Shown: piece after piece, positions 9,833 to 18,044 of the stretch
Position numbering within the stretch: the stretch's first letter is position 1
Layout of the letters: the number at the start of each line of letters is the position of its first letter
From: a virus
Strand: one strand, 5' to 3'
Virus genome (UHGV): UHGV-1351068
DNA: 64,000 nt
Translations under genes and position numbers: made by a program
The notes under the pieces: generated by a model
Databases searched by the model: none
Told to the model about the DNA's origin: nothing
Seen by the model: only the letters and a program-made list of their open reading frames with translations

Positions 9833-10072
9833 TTATGCGTGCTTGTTGATAGCGTTTTCTGCGATACGCTTTGGAAGTTTACCTGCCCAGCGGAAGAACA
9901 TGATAATCGCTCCAACAATAAAAGCAGGGAACCAAAAGATGAGATAAAACCAATACTCTCCTGCTTTCTCGATGGTTCCATTTTTGATTAGATGCTTACA
10001 GACAGACCAACCCACGATAAAGTAAATTATTGCAATAACGATTGGCACTACTACGCTCCACAGTAAAATCAT
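9833..10072 (-). CDS. small membrane protein (79 aa, two predicted TM helices)
   Basis: Hydrophobic stretches LLWSVVVPIVIAIIYFIVGW and WFYLIFWFPAFIVGAIIMFF. Confidence 0.5.
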   Translation of the reverse strand: MILLWSVVVPIVIAIIYFIVGWSVCKHLIKNGTIEKAGEYWFYLIFWFPAFIVGAIIMFFRWAGKLPKRIAENAINKHA

Positions 10073-10290
10073 ATTTCAGCCCAGTAAAGTGAGAACCGGA
10101 GAGTTTCTCCGGCCCATGACATAAAACGATGTACTTGTTTTCGAGTAGGTCGAGCAGAGAACTTAGCATTCACTCTACGACCAGTCTCTCTACAAACTGC
10201 TTCCAAGTACCACCGTCTACCTTTATGAGGTCTTCCATAATTCAAGAAGACCTTCATTGTATCATTTGTAGTAAGAATTGTGGTTTTCAA
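10069..10290 (-). CDS. small basic protein (73 aa)
   Basis: ORF in the track; Arg/Lys-rich. Confidence 0.45.
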   Translation of the reverse strand: MKTTILTTNDTMKVFLNYGRPHKGRRWYLEAVCRETGRRVNAKFSARPTRKQVHRFMSWAGETLRFSLYWAEI

Positions 10291-11272
10291 GATAAACCTT
10301 CTCGACGAAATCGTCCCAGAACTTCATGTCTACTTTCTTAGGCATTCCGTTCTTTTCAGCAGTATGAGCTAGAATTTCTACTTCATCTACTACAGACTCG
10401 AGAAGCTCCTGTACTTCTTTGAACGGTAACTCACCTGCTTTGACCATCTTGACCATTTTAGCATGGGTCAGAGGGAATTGAAGGTCACCAGTCATATAGA
10501 TTTCCTGAAGCTGCAGACCTGCACGAAGAGCATGACTCAGTGCTTTCCAATCTACACCTTCATTAGCTTCTGCCTTACGAGCACGTTCGCCATATTCAGC
10601 ATCAAGCTTCTCAAGGGAGTACTTCATTTCTTTAACTGTGATAGTTGTCTGGAATTTACGACCCAGAACGTTATAAAACTTCTGCTCGCCTGATTTGTGG
10701 TCAACGAAGGTGGTCCATTCGAGGAATTCACCGAGAGGAAGTTTCTCTGCGATATCCTGTACTTTCCAACGCTCATTGATACCCTTCTGCTGAGGACGAT
10801 CGTCATATTTCCATTCAGGAACATCTCTGATAACATCCAGGACTTTATGCAGGTCAGCTAAACGAGAACCCTTAACACCATACTTACCTGCTTGCTTACG
10901 GACATATCCAAGATAAGCCTTCATGTCAGTAGTATAAAAACGAGCTCGGTTGTCTTGAATGAATTTCCATACTTCAGGAAGGTCAGATGCAACTACCAAT
11001 TCCGGTGGAGTATGCAGCATATCCAACGCGACAGTTTCACCGTCAGCAGCGAGCTTGAAGAAATACTTTAAGCTGAACAGCTCATGGTCGACGTCGTCTT
11101 TCGTATTTTTGGTTGCGCTGTTATTAGTATTACGATTAGTATGATTCATCGCTTGACACAACAGAACATCACGCGGATGAGGTACAAAGATTTCTTTAAA
11201 ATCCACATCTGACTCGGGAGTTGAAGTACCATACAGATGTGAACCAAAATAAGATTTTACGATTGTTTTCAT
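10262..11272 (-). CDS. Pol-beta superfamily nucleotidyltransferase (336 aa)
   Basis: N-terminal GSHLYGTSTPESDVDF (GS...DxD NTase motif); downstream acidic residues (e.g. VALDMLH); about 200 aa C-terminal helical region. Confidence 0.6.
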   Translation of the reverse strand: MKTIVKSYFGSHLYGTSTPESDVDFKEIFVPHPRDVLLCQAMNHTNRNTNNSATKNTKDDVDHELFSLKYFFKLAADGETVALDMLHTPPELVVASDLPEVWKFIQDNRARFYTTDMKAYLGYVRKQAGKYGVKGSRLADLHKVLDVIRDVPEWKYDDRPQQKGINERWKVQDIAEKLPLGEFLEWTTFVDHKSGEQKFYNVLGRKFQTTITVKEMKYSLEKLDAEYGERARKAEANEGVDWKALSHALRAGLQLQEIYMTGDLQFPLTHAKMVKMVKAGELPFKEVQELLESVVDEVEILAHTAEKNGMPKKVDMKFWDDFVEKVYLENHNSYYK

Positions 11273-11691
11273 AAGTAAATATGATTCCTTTTAGCGAATT
11301 TAATCAAATCATTTGAGGCTTTAGCACAGGCTTCAACATGTTCTTTATCAGTACTCTTCTTAGAATTGCGATTAACATTCCCGATTTTCTGCATAGTATG
11401 GTAGTATACTACGTCATGGAAATGATATTCTTGACCGTCTGGATGTGGTTCGCGGCGGGCGGTTTTAATAACATGTGTATCATACATAGGAACTAATGCC
11501 CAATCATTCCCGGTATTAATGATTGCTACTTGGATATCCATTTTGTTCCATTTAAAGGCATTAACATATCCAAGAACACGATGAACTCGGTCAAACATTG
11601 CGAATTTGATTTCAGAAGAGCTTGCCATTTTCATCTGCTTAAGCAAGCTCATAGAGAGTTTCTTTTTGGTTGTTACGATTTCAATTTCCAT
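11269..11691 (-). CDS. hypothetical protein (140 aa)
   Basis: ORF in the track. Confidence 0.5.
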   Translation of the reverse strand: MEIEIVTTKKKLSMSLLKQMKMASSSEIKFAMFDRVHRVLGYVNAFKWNKMDIQVAIINTGNDWALVPMYDTHVIKTARREPHPDGQEYHFHDVVYYHTMQKIGNVNRNSKKSTDKEHVEACAKASNDLIKFAKRNHIYL

Positions 11692-11894
11692 AACCCACCC
11701 TCATAATATATGTCTAAATCAATGTTATCTTTGCCGCTGTACTTGCCAGTCAAAGGAATAAATTTAACCGTAATCTTTTCGCCGTCATCAAAAGTAAATT
11801 CAGCAATAGGATATGTAGAAATTATACCACGTTCGGTTTTAGCACGAAAGACGGCCCGAAGGCCGTTCACGATATAAACTTGATCATTCTTCAC
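11673..11894 (-). CDS. hypothetical small protein (73 aa)
   Basis: ORF in the track. Confidence 0.45.
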   Translation of the reverse strand: MKNDQVYIVNGLRAVFRAKTERGIISTYPIAEFTFDDGEKITVKFIPLTGKYSGKDNIDLDIYYEGGLWKLKS

Positions 11895-12384
11895 TAGTTT
11901 TACCTTCTACATAATCAATCATTGGGCAGACTTTCCGCTTACGGGCTTTTAAATACTGGACAAATACCGATGGTTCGGCTTCTGCAGGAAGACCCGCTTT
12001 TACTCGAGCAAGTTTTTTGGTATACTGTTTCTTATTGCGATAGCGTTTAAATTTTTCTAAACCAAAAATAAATCCAAACGCTATAGCTGCAAATAAAAGC
12101 ACAAATGCTGCTATAACCACTGCGCCAACTGGTACTGCTACAACATTTAGCCAAAAGGCGGATAAACTAATACCCATCCAAGCGAGAATTCCTGTCTCTG
12201 CCACAATCGGCCAACCGAACATCCATGCAATAGAACCAATGAATATAGTAATTGCTGAAGAGAACAGAATATGAAGTACTGTTGTCCAGAAGTATCCGCA
12301 TAGAGTTTTTGGCATTTTCCATATATTGCCAGATTTAAACCACAGGTTCATTTTGAAATGCCAAGAGTTTTTATTAATATTCAT
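11884..12384 (-). CDS. polytopic membrane protein (166 aa)
   Basis: Several hydrophobic segments, then a basic C-terminus with a Cys pair. Confidence 0.55.
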   Translation of the reverse strand: MNINKNSWHFKMNLWFKSGNIWKMPKTLCGYFWTTVLHILFSSAITIFIGSIAWMFGWPIVAETGILAWMGISLSAFWLNVVAVPVGAVVIAAFVLLFAAIAFGFIFGLEKFKRYRNKKQYTKKLARVKAGLPAEAEPSVFVQYLKARKRKVCPMIDYVEGKTSEE

Positions 12385-12386
12385 TA

Positions 12387-12608
12387 TCAGTCCTTCATAG
12401 TTGGAATCATAGTTACAAGATATTTTACGAGCTGTTCAGCATCGGATTTATCAATCATCAAGATAGTACCGTTGCGCTCAATTTCAATAAGTGTAGAACC
12501 GTATAGCTCTACGGTAGTCAGATGCAAATCATTAATGTATGGACTTTCGTCCTCAATTACTGCATCGCCTTTACGGGATTTTCCGTCCCATACTAATTTA
12601 CTCGCCAT
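12387..12608 (-). CDS. small protein (73 aa), paralog of the next ORF
   Basis: LIEIERNGTILMIDKSDAEQLVKYL aligns with IVLKQGNDIIHLDTKQIDSLIQFL of the adjacent ORF. Confidence 0.5.
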   Translation of the reverse strand: MASKLVWDGKSRKGDAVIEDESPYINDLHLTTVELYGSTLIEIERNGTILMIDKSDAEQLVKYLVTMIPTMKD

Positions 12609-12789
12609 CTTTTGCCTCTATCAAGAATTGAATTAATGAATCAATTTGTTTAGTGTCAAGATGAATTATATCATTGCCTTGTTTTAGCACGATACGACTC
12701 AACTTTTTAGTGAAATACGAATTCACAACCTTTACATGCACATCGCTGTACGGATTATCTAAATTGGTACTATCAAGAATACTTTCCAT
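12598..12789 (-). CDS. small protein (63 aa), tandem paralog
   Basis: See the previous feature. Confidence 0.45.
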   Translation of the reverse strand: MESILDSTNLDNPYSDVHVKVVNSYFTKKLSRIVLKQGNDIIHLDTKQIDSLIQFLIEAKDGE

Positions 12790-12791
12790 AA

Positions 12792-13058
12792 TTACCTCAA
12801 TTGTGAATCTTTTGAACCACGACGATTATAAGCAGAAGTCATTACTGTATCCCACTTTCCTTGACATTCTACACACCGTTGACAGCCTTTAACCAACAGA
12901 CGACGAGTTACTGGGATTTCCTCATCACAATCAACACAGAACTCTTCGGATTCCCGCTGTTCTTGGAGTTGTTTCTGAAGACGGGCCCATTCAATCCCGT
13001 CTGCTATTGTAGCTTCACGAGTTGCAAATCCGTCATCTGATGGGCCCCATCCATTCAT
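12792..13058 (-). CDS. DksA/TraR-type C4 zinc-finger protein (88 aa)
   Basis: CVDCDEEIP...(16)...CQRCVECQ four-cysteine motif in DksA/TraR arrangement. Confidence 0.55.
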   Translation of the reverse strand: MNGWGPSDDGFATREATIADGIEWARLQKQLQEQRESEEFCVDCDEEIPVTRRLLVKGCQRCVECQGKWDTVMTSAYNRRGSKDSQLR

Positions 13059-13149
13059 TTCAAACTCTCCAGAATCATTTGCACCAAATTATATGTAAAC
13101 ATCGGATGCTGGTATTGTACCACAATGTAGATGATAAGTAAAACGTTTC

Positions 13150-13638
13150 TCATTCTTCGCCATCATCAAAGTCGTAGTAATCATAATCACAACTGTCAAG
13201 ATAAGAATCCATAAATTCTTGTTGACGGCGGAAATCTTCAGAAGGGGTCAGTCTGTCTGCATACGCTTGGTCATCTGGATCGCTGAACTTGTCTTCTTGC
13301 AGTTCTTTAATGAACTGTTCAGCTTCTTCACGCGTCCAAAACCCGCGATTAAGATTATGAACCGAACGTTTTTCACCTGGCTTGAATACGCCCATATCAT
13401 GGGCAGAACGCTCAGTTGAATAACTTTCAGTTTGGCCAGCATAGTTTTCATATTCGCAAATCACCTGGAAGAAAGGAGATTTTCGCGAATATACACCACG
13501 AAGACCAAGTTCAACATCATACGTGCCTGAAGCAACAATGTAACGCGTTATTTCGCCGGTTTTAGTTTCTGTGCGATTAACACCACACACGTGATAAAAG
13601 ATTTTTCCAGGCTGAAGTTCAGTGGTTAACTTAATCAT
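13150..13638 (-). CDS. hypothetical protein (162 aa) with an acidic Tyr/Asp tail
   Basis: ORF in the track; early promoter at 13670-13699 upstream. Confidence 0.55.
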   Translation of the reverse strand: MIKLTTELQPGKIFYHVCGVNRTETKTGEITRYIVASGTYDVELGLRGVYSRKSPFFQVICEYENYAGQTESYSTERSAHDMGVFKPGEKRSVHNLNRGFWTREEAEQFIKELQEDKFSDPDDQAYADRLTPSEDFRRQQEFMDSYLDSCDYDYYDFDDGEE

Positions 13639-13669
13639 AATGTTTTTCTCGTTTGGTTGTTGATATGTC

Positions 13670-13699
13670 TATAGTATCATGTAATGAAGGGAAGTAAAC
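13670..13699 (-). promoter_or_regulatory. T4-type early promoter
   Basis: tatagtatca at 13670-13679 and gtaaac at 13694-13699. Confidence 0.55.
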
Positions 13700-13741
13700 A
13701 ACTTTTTGAAAGAAAATGCCTCCCGAAGGAGGCGGAGGGTA

Positions 13742-14128
13742 TTACTGCAATGATAACAAATACTTAGTCTTGTAGCATAGACCTGTAATGTCATCCAGAA
13801 CACTTTGGAGGGCGGCAGGAACGGACTTGTAGATACCATCGGCCTTAGCCAGAATGAAGTCTAGCATTTCAATGGTGTCCTTTGGCAGCTCTTTCTGCGA
13901 TGGTAAAGCCGGTGTATAACTCTTACCTGAGAATCCTAACCACTGCTCACCAAAAGCATCTATCAAATCTGGAATCTCGTTAAAGAAAACTTCATACGCT
14001 TTATGTCTGGCATACGATTTGGTATCAAAATGCGCTGAATGAAAATACGCTTGAGACACCATAAGTAAACCGATGAATTCATCCTGTGGAGTAAGTTTAC
14101 CGTCCTTTACAAAATCATTGAACTTCAT
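13742..14128 (-). CDS. hypothetical protein (128 aa)
   Basis: ORF in the track; GC-rich hairpin upstream at about 13712-13735 (cctcccgaaggaggcggagg). Confidence 0.5.
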   Translation of the reverse strand: MKFNDFVKDGKLTPQDEFIGLLMVSQAYFHSAHFDTKSYARHKAYEVFFNEIPDLIDAFGEQWLGFSGKSYTPALPSQKELPKDTIEMLDFILAKADGIYKSVPAALQSVLDDITGLCYKTKYLLSLQ

Positions 14129-14402
14129 TATCGAGTTGTATCCTCATACGGTTAGCGTATTCTTCACCTGCTGAACGTCCTAAAGAATCGCAATCTTTAG
14201 AACAAGACTCGCTCTTCCATTTACTTTGTACGAAAGCATAGAACTGTTCAGACTCTTGCTTACTAGGCTCCTTAAATTTAGCATAAACTTGTAGAGCTCC
14301 CTCAACATACGAATTATAATCTGAAATGTCGTCGTGTGATGCAGCTGGGAATGAAATCCCGCAGCCCAACACCAGGGCTAAGCAAATGTGATTAAAGGCC
14401 AT
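14115..14402 (-). CDS. rI: lysis-inhibition regulator rI (signal-anchor antiholin)
   Basis: N-terminal hydrophobic signal anchor; SEQFYAFVQSKWKSESCSKDCDSLGRSAGEEYANRMRIQLD aligns with T4 RI (SEQFYSFMRTTYKNDPCSSDFECIERGAEMAQSYARIMNIKLE); sits just upstream of tk as in T4. Confidence 0.7.
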   Translation of the reverse strand: MAFNHICLALVLGCGISFPAASHDDISDYNSYVEGALQVYAKFKEPSKQESEQFYAFVQSKWKSESCSKDCDSLGRSAGEEYANRMRIQLDNEVQ

Positions 14403-14413
14403 ACGGCCTCCTA

Positions 14414-14632
14414 TTATTTTTGTCCAGTATTGCGTTTGTGCTGAAGTACAGCCTTAACTTCTTTGAGGTATTTTTCCAGCTTACGTTTACGGGTATAATC
14501 TGCTTTTGAACTATGTTGACGAATTTCTTCCTGAAGGTGCGAAATACCATGCCCAATCTCACGACGAAGTTCGTCCAGCTGCTCTACAGTAAGATTACGA
14601 AGTTGCTTTTCACTTAAATGCTGCATATACAC
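14414..14632 (-). CDS. hypothetical small basic protein (72 aa; position of T4 rI.-1)
   Basis: ORF in the track. Confidence 0.45.
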   Translation of the reverse strand: MYMQHLSEKQLRNLTVEQLDELRREIGHGISHLQEEIRQHSSKADYTRKRKLEKYLKEVKAVLQHKRNTGQK

Positions 14633-14672
14633 CTCATCAGTTAGTAATAGTATTTATATAAGTATGTGTTAC

Positions 14673-15056
14673 TTAATCCCAAAGCCATTCGCAGATGCCT
14701 TGCTCAATGGTTCTAGCACCAGCTTCGTCCCAGTTATATTCTTCATCATACTTCAATGCACGTTTAATTTCGGCTTTATGAAATAAACGCGGAACTGGCA
14801 TTGCATAGCGCGTCCAACGTAGAGTTTTCCAGAATCCATCGCGCTTTGATTTAGCGATCAGTTTCTTGGCCTCTAACGGTCTTTCCCTGTTTTCAGAAAT
14901 ACGCAATTCTACATATTTCTGCTGGTTTTCTTTATCTTTCTGAGTTTTAACGTATTCGTTATAGCTTTTAATATAAGCAAATTCGTTATTATTCTGATCG
15001 TTCCATTTGGAAGATTTTACTACATGCCAGCCTTTACGGCGAATTGTTCTAGACAT
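14673..15056 (-). CDS. hypothetical basic protein (127 aa)
   Basis: ORF in the track. Confidence 0.5.
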   Translation of the reverse strand: MSRTIRRKGWHVVKSSKWNDQNNNEFAYIKSYNEYVKTQKDKENQQKYVELRISENRERPLEAKKLIAKSKRDGFWKTLRWTRYAMPVPRLFHKAEIKRALKYDEEYNWDEAGARTIEQGICEWLWD

Positions 15057-15119
15057 TATTACCTCGTTAAGTTAAATTACCTCAACGATAGTAAAATCCT
15101 GATTTGAAAAATTTAATAT

Positions 15120-15254
15120 TCATGAATAGATGACCTTGCATTTACATTTTGGACATTCAGGTTCTTTGGTTTTAAGACGCTTGGTAGCAGTCTTTGGAGC
15201 AGTGTTGTAATCATATACATGAAGACAACGATAGCACATCACATATTTTTTCAT
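15120..15254 (-). CDS. small zinc-ribbon protein (44 aa), not in the track
   Basis: MKKYVMCYRCLHVYDYNTAPKTATKRLKTKEPECPKCKCKVIYS with two CxxC pairs. Confidence 0.35.
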   Translation of the reverse strand: MKKYVMCYRCLHVYDYNTAPKTATKRLKTKEPECPKCKCKVIYS

Positions 15255-15340
15255 ATTAAACCAATAACGAAAGCAATATTACGTATAGTAAGAATCCAAC
15301 TACGAATCCTAGTACTATACCACCGACTATAACAAATAAG

Positions 15341-15544
15341 CTACTCATGTTTAATATAACACCCATTCGTATTAGCAATAAAGTCTTTGCCCTGTGCCAA
15401 TACTTTACATTCGGAATTAAGACGATTTTGCATTTCTTCTCGTCTATCGCTTTGTATAGATGCTGCCACACCAATCCAAATGAATAGCATACCTACAATT
15501 AGCATCAGGATAGTGTTATACGTTCTTGGCTTCATTATAAACAC
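15341..15544 (-). CDS. small membrane protein (67 aa); ORF 15256..15474 is the alternative frame
   Basis: TM helix ILMLIVGMLFIWIGVAA; start overlaps the end of tk. Only one of the two overlapping ORFs is likely to be real. Confidence 0.4.
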   Translation of the reverse strand: MFIMKPRTYNTILMLIVGMLFIWIGVAASIQSDRREEMQNRLNSECKVLAQGKDFIANTNGCYIKHE

Positions 15545-16115
15545 CTACCAGTTCGCACCAGTGTTTACGACAAAGAGAAACGTATTTGTCTTCACCACCA
15601 AGTTCTACTACTTCACCATCGGTAATAGCATTTCCGTTTTCGTCAATACGAGCTACCATTGTAGCCTTACGTCCACAGTGGCAAACGCCCTTGAGCTCAA
15701 CAAGTTTATCGGCTACAGAAAGAAGAGCTTTAGAACCTTCGAATAACTCGCCGCGAAAATCAGTGCGAAGCCCATATGCCATTACTGGAACATCATACAA
15801 GTCAACGATTTTACATAGCTGAAGAACATGTTCAGCAGTCAAGAATTGTGCTTCATCTACAAATACACAATGAATATCACGTTGCGTTTGTGCCCACTTG
15901 AAAAATTCAAGTATGTCAATAGATTCGTCTACTGTATTAGCTTCATGACGAAGACCAATACGAGAAGTAACTTCCGTTGCCGAATCCCGAGTATCAATAG
16001 CAGGTTTCAGAATGAGAGTTCCCATGCCGCGTTCTTTATAGTTATGGGCTGCTGTAAGAAGATTAGCTGATTTGCCTGCATTCATGCTCGCGTAGTTGAA
16101 ATAAAGCTGTGCCAT
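15516..16115 (-). CDS. tk: thymidine kinase
   Basis: MAQLYFNYASMNAGKSANLLTAAHNYKERGM...VDEAQFLT...VMAYGLRTDFRGELFEGS...CHCGRKA...CRKHW is collinear with T4 Tk (P-loop plus zinc ribbon). Confidence 0.9.
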   Translation of the reverse strand: MAQLYFNYASMNAGKSANLLTAAHNYKERGMGTLILKPAIDTRDSATEVTSRIGLRHEANTVDESIDILEFFKWAQTQRDIHCVFVDEAQFLTAEHVLQLCKIVDLYDVPVMAYGLRTDFRGELFEGSKALLSVADKLVELKGVCHCGRKATMVARIDENGNAITDGEVVELGGEDKYVSLCRKHWCELVGVYNEAKNV

Positions 16116-16283
16116 TAAAGTGTCTCCATAAAATCAGAAATAGCATTCTTAGAACGAATGAGTTCATCGTATTCTTCGGGTAGACCATTTCCGTAAATGG
16201 CACTAATAGCTACTACTTGCTCGGCACCTGCATAATCGTCAATCAACTGCCATAGTTTAGTTTTTTGCTCTTCAGTAATCATC
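16115..16283 (-). CDS. small acidic ORF (55 aa), not in the track
   Basis: MITEEQKTKLWQLIDDYAGAEQVVAISAIYGNGLPEEYDELIRSKNAISDFMETL; its stop overlaps the tk start (TAATG). Confidence 0.4.
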
Positions 16284-16306
16284 TATTTACCTCTAACAAG
16301 ACAGAT

Positions 16307-16774
16307 TTAGCATTTAGCCTCTTCATATTCTACCACCGTAATGTCAATATCAGGGGTTGCTAAATTAATAAGTTTCTCAATTAGTTCCCAATCACCGCCA
16401 GCAATACCAGCTCCAATTTTTGGAATGTATAGAGGACGATTATAAACAACACGACCAGAATTTAGCTCATGGAATGCGTTAAAGATTGCGCCATAATCAA
16501 CATTTGGACCTGGCGCATACTGAGTGTATAGATTATAGCAATACGCAGTGCCATTCTTGTGGATAGCTCGTGTATGAGTTCCAAGCTTGGCTAAATTGTT
16601 GTCATAATAACGGTCTTCATCGATGTCAATATCGAGAATTGGAGGATATGCTTTAGCAAGTTGTCCAGCTACACCAGCACCCATTGTAGTAAAGCAATTA
16701 CATCCATGAGCAATATCGCATTCATGCTTCATGAATAGTTCTACAATATTACCCTTGATATATCCAGTAATCAT
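16307..16774 (-). CDS. macrodomain protein (ADP-ribose binding/hydrolase fold, 155 aa)
   Basis: ECDIAHGCNCFTTMGAGVAGQLAKAYP ... IPKIGAGIAGGDW: canonical macrodomain glycine-rich motifs. Confidence 0.7.
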   Translation of the reverse strand: MITGYIKGNIVELFMKHECDIAHGCNCFTTMGAGVAGQLAKAYPPILDIDIDEDRYYDNNLAKLGTHTRAIHKNGTAYCYNLYTQYAPGPNVDYGAIFNAFHELNSGRVVYNRPLYIPKIGAGIAGGDWELIEKLINLATPDIDITVVEYEEAKC

Positions 16775-16782
16775 TTATTCAC

Positions 16783-17175
16783 CTACGGAATTTTATAAGT
16801 TGCATATTCATTAAGATTATTGTATACTCTTAAAAATATAGCATTGTTACAGTTAAGGATAGGGTTTAACACGCCTTGTTCTTTAGGGTGCATTACTCCG
16901 TCAATAGAAACGCCGTCACTCTGCATTCCACATCCACGAGCGTTATATTCGACAAGTGGAACTATTACCTGGTCATCTTTATCTTGATAATTATAAAATG
17001 ACATTAGCAATTTTCTACTACTAGGCACAAATGCTATTTCAATATTGTTCTTGAATGGACCGTTGCTTTCTATTTTAGTCCCCTGTGCTGCAAGCACAGT
17101 TTCAGGATAGCCTGGGAGCTTTTCCCAGGCATTAACTGAAAATGCGCAGCATAATAAAATAGCCGCTTTTTTCAT
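16783..17175 (-). CDS. secreted/periplasmic protein with a signal peptide (130 aa)
   Basis: MKKAAILLCCAFSVNA-WEK: Sec signal peptide with AxA cleavage site. Confidence 0.5.
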   Translation of the reverse strand: MKKAAILLCCAFSVNAWEKLPGYPETVLAAQGTKIESNGPFKNNIEIAFVPSSRKLLMSFYNYQDKDDQVIVPLVEYNARGCGMQSDGVSIDGVMHPKEQGVLNPILNCNNAIFLRVYNNLNEYATYKIP

Positions 17176-17492
17176 TTTGACGATAGTCCTGACATATAAC
17201 GAGCCATTAATTGGTCACGATACATTAAACATATATTTTCGTTAGGAGCATTGACACATAAATCTTTCATGCTCTTAGCCTTACGATTTATTAGTGTTGT
17301 CCACTGAGCCGGGCTACGTGAATCTTTTACTCCATCGCTGAATGCTGAATCTAATTCAAGCGCTAATATATCAACACATTCAGAGTTCGTATTGCAAAAT
17401 GTTTTAGCGATACGAAGTGAATCTGTCATTGAATTTTCAGCATTAGCAGAGAATGCCAATACCAATCCAAGAAGCGCGGCGTACTTTACCAT
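17172..17492 (-). CDS. secreted/periplasmic Cys-containing protein with a signal peptide (106 aa)
   Basis: MVKYAALLGLVLAFSANA-ENS; four Cys residues. Confidence 0.5.
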   Translation of the reverse strand: MVKYAALLGLVLAFSANAENSMTDSLRIAKTFCNTNSECVDILALELDSAFSDGVKDSRSPAQWTTLINRKAKSMKDLCVNAPNENICLMYRDQLMARYMSGLSSK

Positions 17493-18037
17493 TATTCCAC
17501 CTTTGTATGTAGCATTTTATGTTTCTTTAAGAAATTAGCTTTCTCTAGGACATCTGATGCATAAGAGTTTCCTCTTTTGACATTCCATCCTGCGTTATAA
17601 CTAGCAAGAGCTTTTCGCATATTGCCGTTATGTATATTTAACCAATATGAAAGCTCAATATATGCCCATTCCGCGGAATTCTGTCTAGATTTAAGCATTT
17701 TTCTTATTTCAGAATCACTAAGGTTTTTGCCCTCTAATTTAGCTCTGGCTTTAACCGTAGGCAAGTAATTTTGAAATACCCCATAAGAATGATGCCCCTT
17801 TCCTGCTTTTAAATTGGCTCCTGCCGAAGATTCTTTCCATGATATAGCAGCCATTATATATCCTAAGCCGTTATTATCATATCGGTTATGCGGAGATTTT
17901 TCTTTTCCGGATTTTTGATATTGTTCACCAAAATTATATGCGTAATGCAAGTTGTCAAGTTGAACATTACTGAAAGTTGGCTCAGACCCAAAGGCCGTTG
18001 AACATAAGGCCATTAGACCGATAAGCGCTTTTTTCAT
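17492..18037 (-). CDS. secreted lytic transglycosylase-like (SLT) protein (181 aa)
   Basis: Signal peptide MKKALIGLMALCSTAFG; ...AAISWKESSAGANLKAGKGHHSYGVFQNY resembles the SLT catalytic motif E-S...GxxQ. Confidence 0.55.
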   Translation of the reverse strand: MKKALIGLMALCSTAFGSEPTFSNVQLDNLHYAYNFGEQYQKSGKEKSPHNRYDNNGLGYIMAAISWKESSAGANLKAGKGHHSYGVFQNYLPTVKARAKLEGKNLSDSEIRKMLKSRQNSAEWAYIELSYWLNIHNGNMRKALASYNAGWNVKRGNSYASDVLEKANFLKKHKMLHTKVE

Positions 18038-18044
18038 GTTTACC

